Origin: Tubiluchus corallicola
Lineage: Eukaryota > Animalia > Priapulida
DNA length: 64,000 nt
Direction of reading: 5' to 3'
NCBI GenBank assembly: GCA_030141605.1
Contig: JAQGDQ010001020.1
Coordinates: 5,880-69,879, forward strand
Shown: one piece after another, positions 49,342 to 61,588 of the stretch
Layout of the letters: the number at the start of each line of letters is the position of its first letter
Numbering within the stretch: position 1 is the stretch's first letter
The notes under the pieces: generated by a model
What the model was told of the DNA's origin: nothing
Seen by the model: the letters and a program-made list of their open reading frames with translations, nothing else
Database searches by the model: none
Made by a program: the position numbers and the translations under genes

Positions 49342-49521
49342 TTGCCTCTGTTGTTACCTTCACTGGCATCTCAGAATCTTCTTGAACGCTGCTCTAAATT
49401 TGCCTCTTTTGTTACCTTCACAGGCATCTCAGAATCTTCTTGAACGCTGCTCTAAATTTACCTCTGTTGTTACCTTCACTGGCATCTCAGAATCTTCTTG
49501 AACGCTGCTCTAAATTTGCCA
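49342..49521 (-). repeat. 58-bp unit x3 containing GPCR helix 8 and the stop codon
   Basis: ttaccttcactggcatctcagaatcttcttgaacgctgctctaaattt starts at 49354, 49412 and 49470. Confidence 0.92.
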
Positions 49522-50351
49522 TTTGTTGCCACGTATATGAAAGGGTTAACAGCACTGTTCCAGTAACTGATACGTGCTACTACCCAGTGAGCCATACTTG
49601 CCGCGCACAGTGGGCATCTTGAAAGCTTTATTGCCAAGATAGAGTACGGACCCCAACAAATGAAAAATGCAAGAGTGACGATGGCTAAAGTTTTCGTTGC
49701 CTTCATTTCCATCACTCTTGTACTAGTTTGTCGGTTTTGGTTGTGAATTTGCAAAATTTGCTTTCTTGCTGCTCGCCATATTAATGCATACAGTGAAACC
49801 ACAACTGTCATAGGCAGATAAATTGTTATCGTTATGGTGGCAACGAAAAAGAATTTCAGTGCTTCCATGTATGCTATAATAATGGCAAAAAGCCACGTAA
49901 TAGATAACGTGATACTTAATGCTCTCTTTGTAAGGTATATGTTGTATTTGAAAGGGTGCAAAACTGCTACGTATCTCTCACCTGCAATTAAACATAAGTG
50001 TAATATACTGCTGTTCAGGGCAGCCAAAATTACAAAAAGTTGGGCAGAAGGATATGAAGAACCCAACTGCTTCGCGTTTACTATAGCGTGTACTATACCC
50101 ACAATGTCAGCTGGCAGTGATATCAGTCCACATAGCAGATCCGTTACAGCTAGTGATACGATCAATGCATTCGTTTTTGTTTGCAACTGCTCATACTTGT
50201 AAACTGCAATTAGAACTAGCAAGTTCCCAGCAACTATAATCACAGCTAGGCACACAAGAAATCCTGTTACAGTAGTCAAAGTAAACCAACTTCCATTCAG
50301 ATGTAGGGCACGAGTTGTGTTTCCTGCTGTAGTGTAATTGTCACTTAGCAT
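49476..50351 (-). CDS. Single-exon class A GPCR, 291 aa from ATG 50351
   Basis: MLSDNYTT...; GN, LAVTD, ERY, FFICWGP, NSAVNPFIY. The ORF track starts at an upstream TTG; ATG chosen by comparison with paralogs. Confidence 0.93.
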   Translation of the reverse strand: MLSDNYTTAGNTTRALHLNGSWFTLTTVTGFLVCLAVIIVAGNLLVLIAVYKYEQLQTKTNALIVSLAVTDLLCGLISLPADIVGIVHAIVNAKQLGSSYPSAQLFVILAALNSSILHLCLIAGERYVAVLHPFKYNIYLTKRALSITLSITWLFAIIIAYMEALKFFFVATITITIYLPMTVVVSLYALIWRAARKQILQIHNQNRQTSTRVMEMKATKTLAIVTLAFFICWGPYSILAIKLSRCPLCAASMAHWVVARISYWNSAVNPFIYVATNGKFRAAFKKILRCQ

Positions 50352-50397
50352 TGTCAAATGTTACCATTTCACGTTACTCTGACAAGATTGTTCATGT

Positions 50398-51475
50398 ATG
50401 GCGCGGATGGACAAGCCGAAGTAGGACACTTTTGCTAAACCGCATGTGCTAAATTTGCGGAAAACCAGTGTCGTACATGGGCAGCCCAAGTAGGACACTG
50501 GCGATTTCTGTCGAGAATCGTGAATTATGACATCATAAAACATAAAACTAAATTTGTTTTAGAAAAAAGCAACTTTTAATAATGATGGATAGTTCTTGAC
50601 AAATATATATTTTTTAAAATAATATCACCATCATTATTAGCTCCATTAATATCATCATAACATTAAACCAAGCATCTAACACAGGGGTGTGCAAATTATC
50701 TGACTAGCCGGGCCACATTAAACATTCCCGCAATTCCTGTGGGCCACATGCAGTTTGGTCAAGGAGCCAAGTACAGTAGGACCTAATAACGATTTTTTTG
50801 CATCCAGTTTGTGCACATCATCACTACTGCACCCAAGAAACTATTTTAGAAGTTATTAAAATTAATAAAACCATATATTTCGTCATGTCCGACAGTGACA
50901 TTAAGTGACAACAGTCTTGTAAGGGTTAATGGCATCCGAGCTAGAGGAAAAAACTATCCGCACTATCTTTGCGATATTGGTGCAGACTTCAGCTGGATCG
51001 CATGGGCCGCACTTTCATTACGTTGACAAACTTCTTCGCGGGCCGCACAAGATCTCTCGGCGGGCCGCAAGTGGCCCGCGGGCCGCAGTTTGCACACCCC
51101 TGATCTAACACTTTAAAGAGTGAAACTATGTAGGGCACATAGTTCGCTAACCAGTTATATGGTTGACGACTCAATTCGTACTTCTCTCTAGTGTCCTACT
51201 TGGGCAACCCATGTACTACGCGTCCTACTTGGGCAACCCATATACTACGCGTCCTACTTGGACTAGCCCATGTACTACGCGTCCTACTTGGACTAGCCCA
51301 TGTACTACGCGTCCTACTTGGGCAACCCATATACTACGTGTCCTACTTGGACTAGCCCATGTACTACGCGTCCTACTTGGACTAGCCCATGTACTACGCG
51401 TCCTACTTGGACTAGCATATGTAAACCAATTGTCCTACTTGGACTAGCATATGTAAACCAATTGTCTTACTTCGA
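50398..51475. mobile_element. Non-autonomous DNA transposon with inverted AAGTAGGACA subterminal motifs; right side amplified as a 30-bp array (51192-51470, about 9 copies)
   Basis: aagtaggacac twice at the left, gtcctactt array at the right; interrupts GPCR upstream homology. Confidence 0.5.
50682..51102. mobile_element. hAT MITE with 8-bp TSD, nested
   Basis: TIR CAGGGGTGTGCAAA...TTTGCACACCCCTG, TSD ATCTAACA at 50674-50681 and 51103-51110, gggccgc subterminal repeats. Confidence 0.93.
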
Positions 51476-51489
51476 AACATTCAATGTAT

Positions 51490-51573
51490 CACAACATCCA
51501 ATGTAAATCAATTTTCGTCTAGACGCAGGGCACGAGTTGTGTTTCCAGCTGTTGTGTAATTGTCACGTAGCAT
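51490..51573 (-). pseudogene. Orphan GPCR 5' stub with its own upstream region
   Basis: MLRDNYTTAGNTTRALRLDEN*FTLDVVI; upstream 51574-51900 is homologous to the upstream region of 59277. Confidence 0.8.
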
Positions 51574-52139
51574 TGTCAAATGTTACCATTTCACAAGAAT
51601 ATCAACGTTAGTGTGACATGAACGTTCGTTCGAGAAATACACCTCTGCTTTTTACACGGAAGACTGCACAACTGACCAGCATTTTTACATGTTGCTAAAT
51701 AGAATATTCCAGCATCGTCACAAACAGTAGGTCTTGTGTACATACCAAAAATCCATTAATGCATATAATTATGTGTATATAACAGAAAGTTTTTAGTTTC
51801 AATAGTTGTAATTTCCTGAATAGCAAAACCGATGTGACACTTACAAAGTGGCACAAATGTGTTCATCTAAACAAAGAAACTACACGGACGATAACGTAAT
51901 TGTCATTTATGTCACTGCAAAATTCATGGTGACAACGCAACGTTAGCAAAATAAGCCTTTTGTCCATTGTCTTTCAGACGTATCTAGTTTGGAGGAATTG
52001 CATAGCAAATTCACAAATTGGAGAAACCGAATTATCGGCTAATAGCAGCAATATTATTAATCAGTTAAGGTCAACAATTGAAAGCTCAGTAAATGATTTA
52101 GTAGACGTATATTCATTAAAATATGTATAATATACTTTA

Positions 52140-53566
52140 GAAAATTTTGGAGGTTTTTCGCCCCCCATTCCTCCTGCTGGACCCGATTCGAAAAATAAAA
52201 CCCCAAATGGCACGACACTAGATCGAGACCTTTCGTTTGATGTATAGATCGCCGCAAATGGTGCCGCCATTGGAGCTGTAGCCTCGAATCTTATATATAT
52301 ATGTAAATATATATACCAAGAGAATTAATATATACGATAAATATACACGTATAATCAAAAATACGCAATCATCCTACATAGTCCTCATTTATAACACAAA
52401 GCCAGCAACAGCAGCAGCTTTACTGAATTAAAGCTCTAAGTTTATAGACAGAGTACAATGGATGACGTCAGAACAATGTTGCTTTTCGTCAGCAGTTTTC
52501 TAAGCAAAATTTATATATATATATATATTTTCACTTAGAAAACTGCTGACGCAAAGGCATTGTTGTGACGTCATCCATTGTATTCTGTCTATAAGCTTAT
52601 AGCTTTAATTCAGCAAAAAGCTGCTACAGGCAAAGTAAACAAACAGTAGGCAGGATGTTACGGGCTTTGTGTTATAAATGAGGACTAGGTAGGATGTTCA
52701 CGTATTATTGATTGCACGTGGTTTTTTACGCAAAATCTTTTGCGGGGCCTTTGCTATTTATTATATTATAGCACATAGTTTCAACTTTGTGAAAAATGTT
52801 TGGAATGGTTTTGTTGTAATGCTGTGCTGTTGGTGCTTGTGCTATAGGTGTCGTCATCATTGCCACCATCATCATCATCATCATCAACATCATGATCACC
52901 ACGTGAGGTGGTGGATTTGATGTGGTGTGGTGGTGGTGTGCTTTTTGTGTTGTGCTATGGATGGTGTGGTGGGGTGATAGGGTGTGTGGGGTGTGGTGTG
53001 GGTAGTGTGGTATGGAGTGGGTGGCATGGTGTGTGGGTGGGTGGGTGTTGTGGTGCAGTGTGGTGTTATGGTGTGGTGTGGTGCAGTGCGGTGTGATGTG
53101 GTGGAGTATTATGGTGTGGGTGGTGTGATGTGGTGTTTGGGTGGTGCAGTGGTATGGTGTGGTGCAGTGTGGAGTGATGTGGTGGAGTGGTATGGTGTGG
53201 TGTGTGGGTGGTGCAGTGGTATGGTGTGGTGCAGTGTGGTGTGATGTGGTGGAGTGGTATGGTGTGGGTGGTGTGGTGTGTAGGTGGTATGGTGTGGTGC
53301 GGTGCGGTGTGGTGGTATTGTGTGGTGCAGTGTGGTGCGATGAGGTGGAGTGGTATGGTGTGGTGCAGTGTGGTGTGATGAGGTGGAGTGGTATGGTGTG
53401 GGTGGTGTGGTGTGTAGGTGGTATGGTGTGGTGTGGTGCAGTGTGGTGGTATTGTGTGGTGCAGTGTGGTGCGATGAGGTGGAGTGGTATGGTGTGGTGC
53501 AGTGTGGTGTGATGAGGTGGTGTGTGTTGATTTGTGCACAAAATTCTTTTTGTGGGGTTTGGCTAG
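52140..53566. mobile_element. Nest of Helitron fragments in both orientations plus a (TGGTG)n-like low-complexity tract (52905-53525)
   Basis: Inverted copy of the Helitron 5' part at 52140-52298; 3' parts at about 52340-52510 (-) and 52530-52758 (+); another hairpin plus CTAG end at 53535-53566. Confidence 0.65.
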
Positions 53567-53586
53567 TTATATTAATATTATTGGTA

Positions 53587-54288
53587 TCTTAATATATAAG
53601 ATTCGAGGCTACAGCTTCGACGACGGCACCATTTGCGGCGATCTATATATCAAACGAAAGGTCTCGATCTAGTGTCGTCTCGTTGATGGTTTATTTTTCG
53701 AATCGGGCCCACCGGGAGGAAGGCAAGGCGAAAAACCTCCAAAATGGCCATTTTTCGGCTGTTTTTTTGCAAAAGTTATACGGCTGAGATGTAGAGAAAG
53801 GGAACGGGTCGAGGGTGGTGCTGGGTACGGATAGATAGCCCGTTCAGCGGTGGGTGTAGTAGGCATATTTAGAATTCGTGAGAGGACCACGGCGTCCCGT
53901 AACGGGCGTTTTCCCGGACCCAACTCTCGGAAAGAGATATACGGCTCACCAGAAAGAGGAAGAACGGTGCTACACGATGGTGTGGGCTATATGTTAGGAC
54001 AGGTCCACCGAGAGGAGTACCGGCGAGTTAATTAGATGTTCTATTTTCAGCAATTTTCGCTTAGAAAACTGCTGACGCAATGCCATTGTTCTGACGTCAT
54101 CCATTGTACTCTGCTGTAATCTTATAACTTTAATTCAGCAAAAAGCTGCTACAGGCTTTGGGTTAATTAAACAAACAGTAGGCAGGATGTTACGGGCTTT
54201 GTGTTATAAATGAGGACTAGGTAGAATGTTTGCGTATTATTGATTATACGTGGATTTATACGCAAAATCTTTTGCGGGGCCTTTGCTA

Positions 54289-54289
<1 letters not shown>
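53587..54289 (+). mobile_element. Complete non-autonomous Helitron
   Basis: A|TCTTAATATATAAG 5' end; subterminal hairpin cgcaaaa-tc-ttttgcg; CTAG|T 3' end; no TSD. Confidence 0.8.
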
Positions 54290-54335
<46 letters not shown>

Positions 54336-55252
54336 AAATTACTTGACATGTAGTTAGAAAACGACCGTATTTCAATGAATGATGTGGTCACACCGACATG
54401 CATTGAATCATTATTTGTAACAATAATGTGAAGGAAGATAGGATGATTTTTCATATGCTACCCCTTTCTGAAATCGGATAAAAATTACACATTTTAACGT
54501 AATTAATACTGCAAAGGCGTTTCTGATAATTAAATTATAAACTAAGAACTTTATTAAAAGCAGGCGAGCCCGACTATTGATGACATCACAAACTAACATA
54601 ATTTTCAACAGCAACAATATTCCACGAGCGGGTTTCATGTGTTTGAAAAGAGAAAATTGAAGTACAATGCTACTGTAAGATATTCAGTTTGTTGCACTAA
54701 AGCTAGGTAAGTTTTAAGATTACAATTTAAATTTCAAATTTACCGCTGTGCTCATGCATAAGCTGTCGAATGTGTGTACTTTGTCACAAACTAACGCATC
54801 TGAACTGAAAGGTACATCACTTGTTATTTGTGCAATGTGGTGTTTGCGAAATGCAGGCGCTAGTGCCCGTCTAACTAGCGAATGGCGACATCAATTCGAC
54901 TGCAGTTTATTTTCTGTAACATTATATTAAAGGTGATGTATGTTTAATATTGTTTAAATGAACTCACAACCACAATCTCAACCAATGTTACAGATTACGA
55001 ATCCACTTTCAATAGTTTTTATCAATGTATTTTTAACAAAATTCACATACATGTAAACAATGTGGTGAATTTATTTAATTTTTATTTGTGCATAAATAGT
55101 TTACAAGGTATGGTCACATACATGACTATTCTCCTCCCTACTACAGCAATTATTGCTTTTCAGCATCCAGCTACAAAATTATCAAATAGCAAATATTTAT
55201 ATAAAATATTTATAGCAAATATATATATAAATAGTAATATATGCATACCTGT

Positions 55253-55630
55253 TGCTGCTCTTCTTCTAATTCTATGCCTACACTACTTTATACGCACGTG
55301 GCGCCAGCTGTTAACAAAAATGCAAACATTTACACATTTTAATTTCTTCTGCTGCTCTTCTTCTAATTCTATGCCTACACTACTCTATACGCACGTGGCG
55401 CCAGCTGTTAACAAAAATGCAAACAATTACACATTTTAATTTCTTCTGCTGCTCTTTTTCTAATTCTATGCCTACACTACTCTATACGCACGTGGCGCCA
55501 GCTGTTAACAAAAATGCAAACATTTACACATTTTAATTTCTTCTGCTGTTCTTCTTCTAATTCTATGCCTACACTACTCTTTATGCACGTGGCGCCAACT
55601 GTTAACAAAAATGCAAACATTTACACATTT
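55253..55630. repeat. 97-bp tandem repeat, about 4 copies
   Basis: gcacgtggcgcca recurs every 97 bp (55294, 55391, ...). Confidence 0.92.
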
Positions 55631-56599
55631 AAATTTTACATGCGACATATTTTTTATTTATTTATTAGTATGAAAAATACATACAAGAATTACGTACAAT
55701 ATCAATTTTGAAATATACAAAAAACAAGACATATATACAATTTCAATTATGAAATATTATGACACATTATAAAAATTATGAAATAAAGTTTATCTAATCT
55801 CAGTAATCTAACCTAATCTGACCAAATCTAATAAAGTGTCCCCAACAACTGTCTTCTGCGTTCATTTCACCTGAATATTCCAGAAGAATAAATAGTAAAC
55901 AAACCTTTGAAAATCAACAAAATTTGGGGGAAGCAAAAGATCAAACAGCTTCATTTGCTAAACGTTTTAACGACGATTACTTATCACTTGTCTGGGGAAA
56001 ATTCCTCCAGATTTAATCGACTAATCTAGACAAAAATCTGCATATTTGTTTTTTTATTGTAAATAATGTAAGACCGAACTAATGTAAGACCAAACTAGAA
56101 AGGCATAATAATTTTAATAACAGTTTATTGAACATCAATGCAAGAGTACGTAAGGAATATATGTGAGTTGTAATATACAGTACTGATGGCTTTTTCTCAT
56201 AAGTGAATTACGATATGCAGTCTTTTTAACATGCTGATAGAGTGTCCAGGTGTTGACTCTATCAGCTACGGCTATTCATTGCTATTGCTACTCAGAATCA
56301 CAATAAAATTATACAACAAATAGCAGATAATAAAGGACAACTTGTTTCAGAAATACTTTACCAATACATTTACAGTGAATGTTAAAGGAAACTGTGCTGA
56401 TTTCATTATTACATAATTACAATTTCAAAATTTCTTTAGTTCTGGTTTCTTGTCTTTTGAGTTTTACAGTTGCACAGTTTGGTTTTCGTAATTCCAAAAT
56501 CTTTCCTGTAGATATCATTCTGATTAGTACCTGGCCAGGTGACACTTAGTCAATCATAAGTTACAGAAACACATTGATCAGTGTACTTTGCAATTATTT

Positions 56600-57457
56600 T
56601 TACCGGCATCTAAGAATCTTCTTGAATGCTGTTCTAAATTTGCTGTTTGTTGCTGCATATATGTAAGGGTTGACTGCACTGTTTGAAAAACTCACGCATA
56701 CTGCTATTTTTACAGCGATATCTGATATGCACAGTGGACAGCTTAGGTAGGTTGCTGTCACAATTAAGATTGGAACCCAACAAACGAAAAATGCAACAGT
56801 GACTATAGTTAAAGTTTTTGTTGCTTTCATGTCCATCACTCTTGTTCCAGTTTGTTGGTTTTGATCACGAATTTGCAAGATTTGCTTTCTTGCTGCCCGC
56901 CATATTACTGCATACAGTGAGACTATAATTGTTGCTTGTAAACAGCTAAAAATACTGGAAACAATCGTGCTGTCGTCTATTATTTCTATGCACGCTGAAA
57001 TAATGCCCAAGAGCCATGTAATGGGTAATAGCATTCTCAATGTTCTCTTTGTAAAATAAATGTTGTATTTGTAAGGATGCAAAATGGCTACATATCTCTC
57101 AACAGCAATTAAGCATAAGTGCAGTATGCTGCAGTCTACAGCAACTATTGCAACAAAATTTTTAAGGCTTTCACCTAGAACGTTAACACGTCTAACATAT
57201 ATTACAGTGACAAATTCAATTGGCAGTGATATCAGTCCAAATAGCAGATCTGTTACAGCTAGTGATACGATCAGTGCATTCGTTCTTGTTTGCAACTGCT
57301 CATACCTGTAAACTGCAATTAAGACAAGCAAGTTTCCAACAACTGTAATGACGATCAACCATGCTAAGAATGCTGCAACAGTTAGTATAAGCCAATCTTT
57401 CTCGTAATTCACTTCGTCAGTTGTGTTTCCTATCATAGTATCATTTTCGGGTGGCAT
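56600..57457 (-). CDS. Single-exon class A GPCR, 285 aa
   Basis: GN, LAVTD, ERY, FFVCWVP, NSAVNPYIY. Confidence 0.93.
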   Translation of the reverse strand: MPPENDTMIGNTTDEVNYEKDWLILTVAAFLAWLIVITVVGNLLVLIAVYRYEQLQTRTNALIVSLAVTDLLFGLISLPIEFVTVIYVRRVNVLGESLKNFVAIVAVDCSILHLCLIAVERYVAILHPYKYNIYFTKRTLRMLLPITWLLGIISACIEIIDDSTIVSSIFSCLQATIIVSLYAVIWRAARKQILQIRDQNQQTGTRVMDMKATKTLTIVTVAFFVCWVPILIVTATYLSCPLCISDIAVKIAVCVSFSNSAVNPYIYAATNSKFRTAFKKILRCR

Positions 57458-58401
57458 TGTCAGGCGCTGTCGTTAAACAGTAACACTAACCATTACTTTT
57501 TTAATTAAGTTGAGAAATGCAAATATTTGATGCAACACATCAGAAAGTCTGCACATCTGGTCTACAGTATCACGTCTCTGTTTCTTGCCACATAAGTATG
57601 AATTTCATATTATACCCATTCCTAGCAGCTGTCTTTGTGAATAGTTGTCATTAGCAATTATTATTTCTATTATAAAGCTGTTCATAATTGGTAACAGCAA
57701 TTTACCATAATTGCCAGCATGGCGTTGGGAAATAGGAGTCAACATGATAGTCACTGTGGATCACTATAATCACACAGTCACTATGAACAATGAACTCTTT
57801 ATCCATTGTTTGTCTTCTAGCTCACATACCAAGTACAGTGGCAATTGTGGAACAAATTCAACAGATCAAGAGACAAAATATAATTGTCATTATAATGTAT
57901 ATTTGGTTTATGAAAGTGCCACTTATATTTGAAATAGGAACAGAAAGCTGCTATAGTAAACATTGAGATATCCTCATTCCACAGCTCTTGATCAACTACA
58001 ATTTACACATGAAAAGATTGGATTCTGGTATTGGTTTTCTTTAGTCATCGATAAGCACGTGCAATAAAGTTTGCTAGATTAACCGTTTAAAACAGAACTA
58101 GAGGACAGTTGTTCCTGCAAACTGTTAGCAACATAAATTATTAGGTTACGCCATTTTGCAAACCTCCTTCAGGCAGCAGTACTCACTTTAACACAAGTCA
58201 TTGGCTGTTCGTCGACAAAGCAAGTGTTATATAGCCAGTATTTTTGAAAAACTATGAAATCATTTGCTGTGAGTCTTTTTCTTTAAATCAAGATAATTTA
58301 ACAGCTCCATGCAACTTTTTCAGGATTATGTAGACACAGTGTATAAAACTTTGGCTGTTACAGAAGCACGTTGTTCAAAAGTAACACAGTCTGTTGATTC
58401 T

Positions 58402-59277
58402 TTATCTTTGTTGACATTTAAGAATCTCCTTGAATGCTGATCTAAATTTACCATTTGTTGCCACGTATATGAAAGGGTTAACTGCGCAATTCCAGTAAGT
58501 AGTCTGCGCTACTATTTGGAAGGATACCTCTGACACACACAATGGACAATGTGCAAACTTTATTGCCAAGATTGAGTATGGACCCCAGCAAACGAAAAAT
58601 GCAACAGTGACGATGGCCAAAGTTTTCGTTGCCTTCATTTCTATCACTCTTGTACTAGTTTGTTGGTTTTGGTCGTGAATTTTCAATATTTGCTTTCTTG
58701 CTGCTCGCCATATTAATGCATACAGTGAAACTACAACTATCATAGGTAGATAAATTGTTATAGTTATGGTAGCAGTTGTAATTAAACCCAATGTGTCTAT
58801 ATATGCTAAAATAATGGCAAAAAACCACATAACAGATAATATCGTACTTAATGTTCTCTTTGTAAAGTATGTGTTGTATTTGTAGGGATGCAAAACTGCT
58901 ACGTATCTCTCACCTGCAATTAAACACAAGTGTAATATACTGCTGTTCAGAACCACAAATGTTACAAAAAGTTCAACAGAGTAATACAAAGTGCCAAAAT
59001 GCTCAACGTATACTAGACCAATGATTTCAACTGGTAGTGGTACCAGTCCAAATAGCAGATCTGTTACAGCTAGTGATACGATCAGTGCATTCGTTCTTGT
59101 TTGCAACTGCTCATACTTGCAAACTGCAATTAGAACTAGCAAGTTTCCAGCAACTATAATGACTATAATAACAGCCAACCACACTAAAATTATCACAATC
59201 ACCAATGTAGACCAATTTTCGTGTAGATGCAGGGTGCCAGTTGTGTTTACCACTGTAGTGTAATTGTCACTTAGCAT
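58402..59277 (-). CDS. Single-exon class A GPCR, 291 aa
   Basis: GN, LAVTD, ERY, FFVCWGP, NCAVNPFIY. Confidence 0.93.
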   Translation of the reverse strand: MLSDNYTTVVNTTGTLHLHENWSTLVIVIILVWLAVIIVIIVAGNLLVLIAVCKYEQLQTRTNALIVSLAVTDLLFGLVPLPVEIIGLVYVEHFGTLYYSVELFVTFVVLNSSILHLCLIAGERYVAVLHPYKYNTYFTKRTLSTILSVMWFFAIILAYIDTLGLITTATITITIYLPMIVVVSLYALIWRAARKQILKIHDQNQQTSTRVIEMKATKTLAIVTVAFFVCWGPYSILAIKFAHCPLCVSEVSFQIVAQTTYWNCAVNPFIYVATNGKFRSAFKEILKCQQR

Positions 59278-61588
59278 TGTTATATGTTACCATTTCACAT
59301 GATCACCAACGTTACTGTGACATGTTTGTTCACTGGAGAAATACAATTCTGCTTTTTAACACAGAAGCCTGCACATCTCATTAGTATTTTAGAATGCCCA
59401 GACTTTTGTTAGTATGGCGTCAATCACAAACAATACGTCTTGTGTACATTCCTAAAAGCCTTCATTTAATTACGTATATATAATAGAGAATAGCATATTG
59501 CAATGTTTGCTGTGATGAATAGCCCTAAATTTCGAAGGCAATAATTATTACACTCACAAAATGGCGAAAATAATGTTCATCTAAACAAAGAATCTAAAGC
59601 TAACTGTTATTTGATTGTAAAAACTACGTTTGTGGTGATAATACAATATTAGCAATGTAAGCTTTTTGTCTTGTGAACCTCATATCTTGTCCGGAGGCAG
59701 ATGCATTGCAAATTCTCAAATTGGACAAACGATTTTGCAAAGACAAAAATGCCTACCATATTAGCACATCGTGCTTTTATAAAGGTGCTGCATACACTTG
59801 ATGTAGTGCATAGATTTATGATAAGATACATAGTGAAGAAAAGATTTATTACAATCAACACTAGAATATTAATATTCTATGACTATATTCAACTACAATT
59901 TTCACACAAAAAAACCAAAGGCTGCTATTGTTTTCAATCTTGTTTCTAAAGAAAAAACAGCTTCAAACGAATTCGGTAAGTTAGCAAATACAAGTTGAAT
60001 CCAGTATTGCTGTATGATGCTACCAACTTTTTGTATTAATATCCTACAAGGACAACAACCAGGCAGACAAGATTTCAGGAGAGTTCGCTTCTCGACTGTA
60101 TAGAGCCGTTTTCCATCTGTTCCAAACATCTACAGAAATGCGCTATTTGCAGAGCTGCACAAAATTTATTGTTGATTAGTTAAGATGGTGACATAGTAGA
60201 CATCTTGGATTATGTTGAACTCAAGTGAAAAATGTTTCAAGACCAAGTAGATTTTACACTCTTGGCTTTACTTTAAACTTGCTTCAAAATGCACGAGAGT
60301 TTCAATGAACGGGTAGGTCTATATGATGCGCATTTATTTCTCATTCATTCATAAAACATCTACAACGATGACGACGTACGACAGGCCTGACTAAGCTGAC
60401 TGTTTATTCCCCATTCTTCAAAGCATTCGATGCCAGATTAACTATATAAACAAGCTTAGCTACAATTTAATGTTCATAATAAATTAAGCCCTTCCTCAAT
60501 GGAGGCTTTACTGCAGACGAAATTACAAAAGCAATTCTAAATAATTACCAATTCATTTACAAATTGGTCTAAATGCTGCTTAACTTTGACAAAGCACTGT
60601 CTGTCACCCCGCATTCAGTATTCCCCTTGCAATTATTGTCATACAATGTATTTATCATTATAATTATACATAAGTAAATAATTTAACAAAATCAAGAGAA
60701 TTGTAAAAATTATGCTGTTCCAACAGTTATAGTTATAATTTCCCAGCTGTTTGCCAATTTTATCTAAGTATGATAACTTCATTTTACTTATTTAGCTTTT
60801 TAGTTCTATTACATGTATCACTCAGTTATTTCGATTGTGATTTATACGCGCTAAGGTACTATTGAAGTTGTTTTTTCGGCATACGTTCGTTTTTTCCTTG
60901 TTTTACTTACCATATTTTGTTTTGGACAGTTAGTGACAAATGATTTGATGCAATTAAATAATCATTATGTTATTTTTTTCTGGAAATTGTAACTCCATTA
61001 GTACATCTATCTATTGATAAATCGTGTTTTATAAAATATATGGCTGTTGCTAGTCAATTGTATCACAGTGTGATAAGCTGGAGTATCAGATTTTATCAAA
61101 TAACTTGAAACTGTGTTTCGTCCTTCACTTAGGTCAGGTTCACACTATCCTAAACGTGTCCAACTGACGTTTTTGACGGAAAAATAAAACGAAAACAGAA
61201 GTAATCTGACAACGACAGTATCTTTTTGTAGGAACAATATTAAATCAACTAATGCTCAATTGTCCATAAACTACGTAGTCATAAATGAAACTTATAATGA
61301 AAAACACATGGAATATTTATCAAATTAAAAAGTTTAATGAAAGTTTAATGTAACTGATCATGGTTTGCAGGAAAATTTCATGGATTCCTTATATATATAT
61401 ACACTGTCCGTTCCCATTCCTCATCCCTTCCACACTGTTTGTTGGAAATGGTTAGGCAGTTTTTGTCCTATCCTGTTAACTAACACAAAATCGCAGAGAT
61501 AATGACTGCATGGCTACCCTTTTATTTTGAAACTTATAATCTCACATCAACACAGAACTCAAAATATTCTGACAATTTTAAAAAATCG

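Noticed and set aside
52708-53672. His/Thr/Pro-rich and Val/Trp/Cys-rich ORFs
   Set aside because: Translations of a (TGGTG)n-like low-complexity tract.
49834-59263. Plus-strand ORFs antisense to the GPCRs (49834-50202, 57084-57311, 58991-59263)
   Set aside because: Antisense shadows of the conserved coding strand with no independent features.
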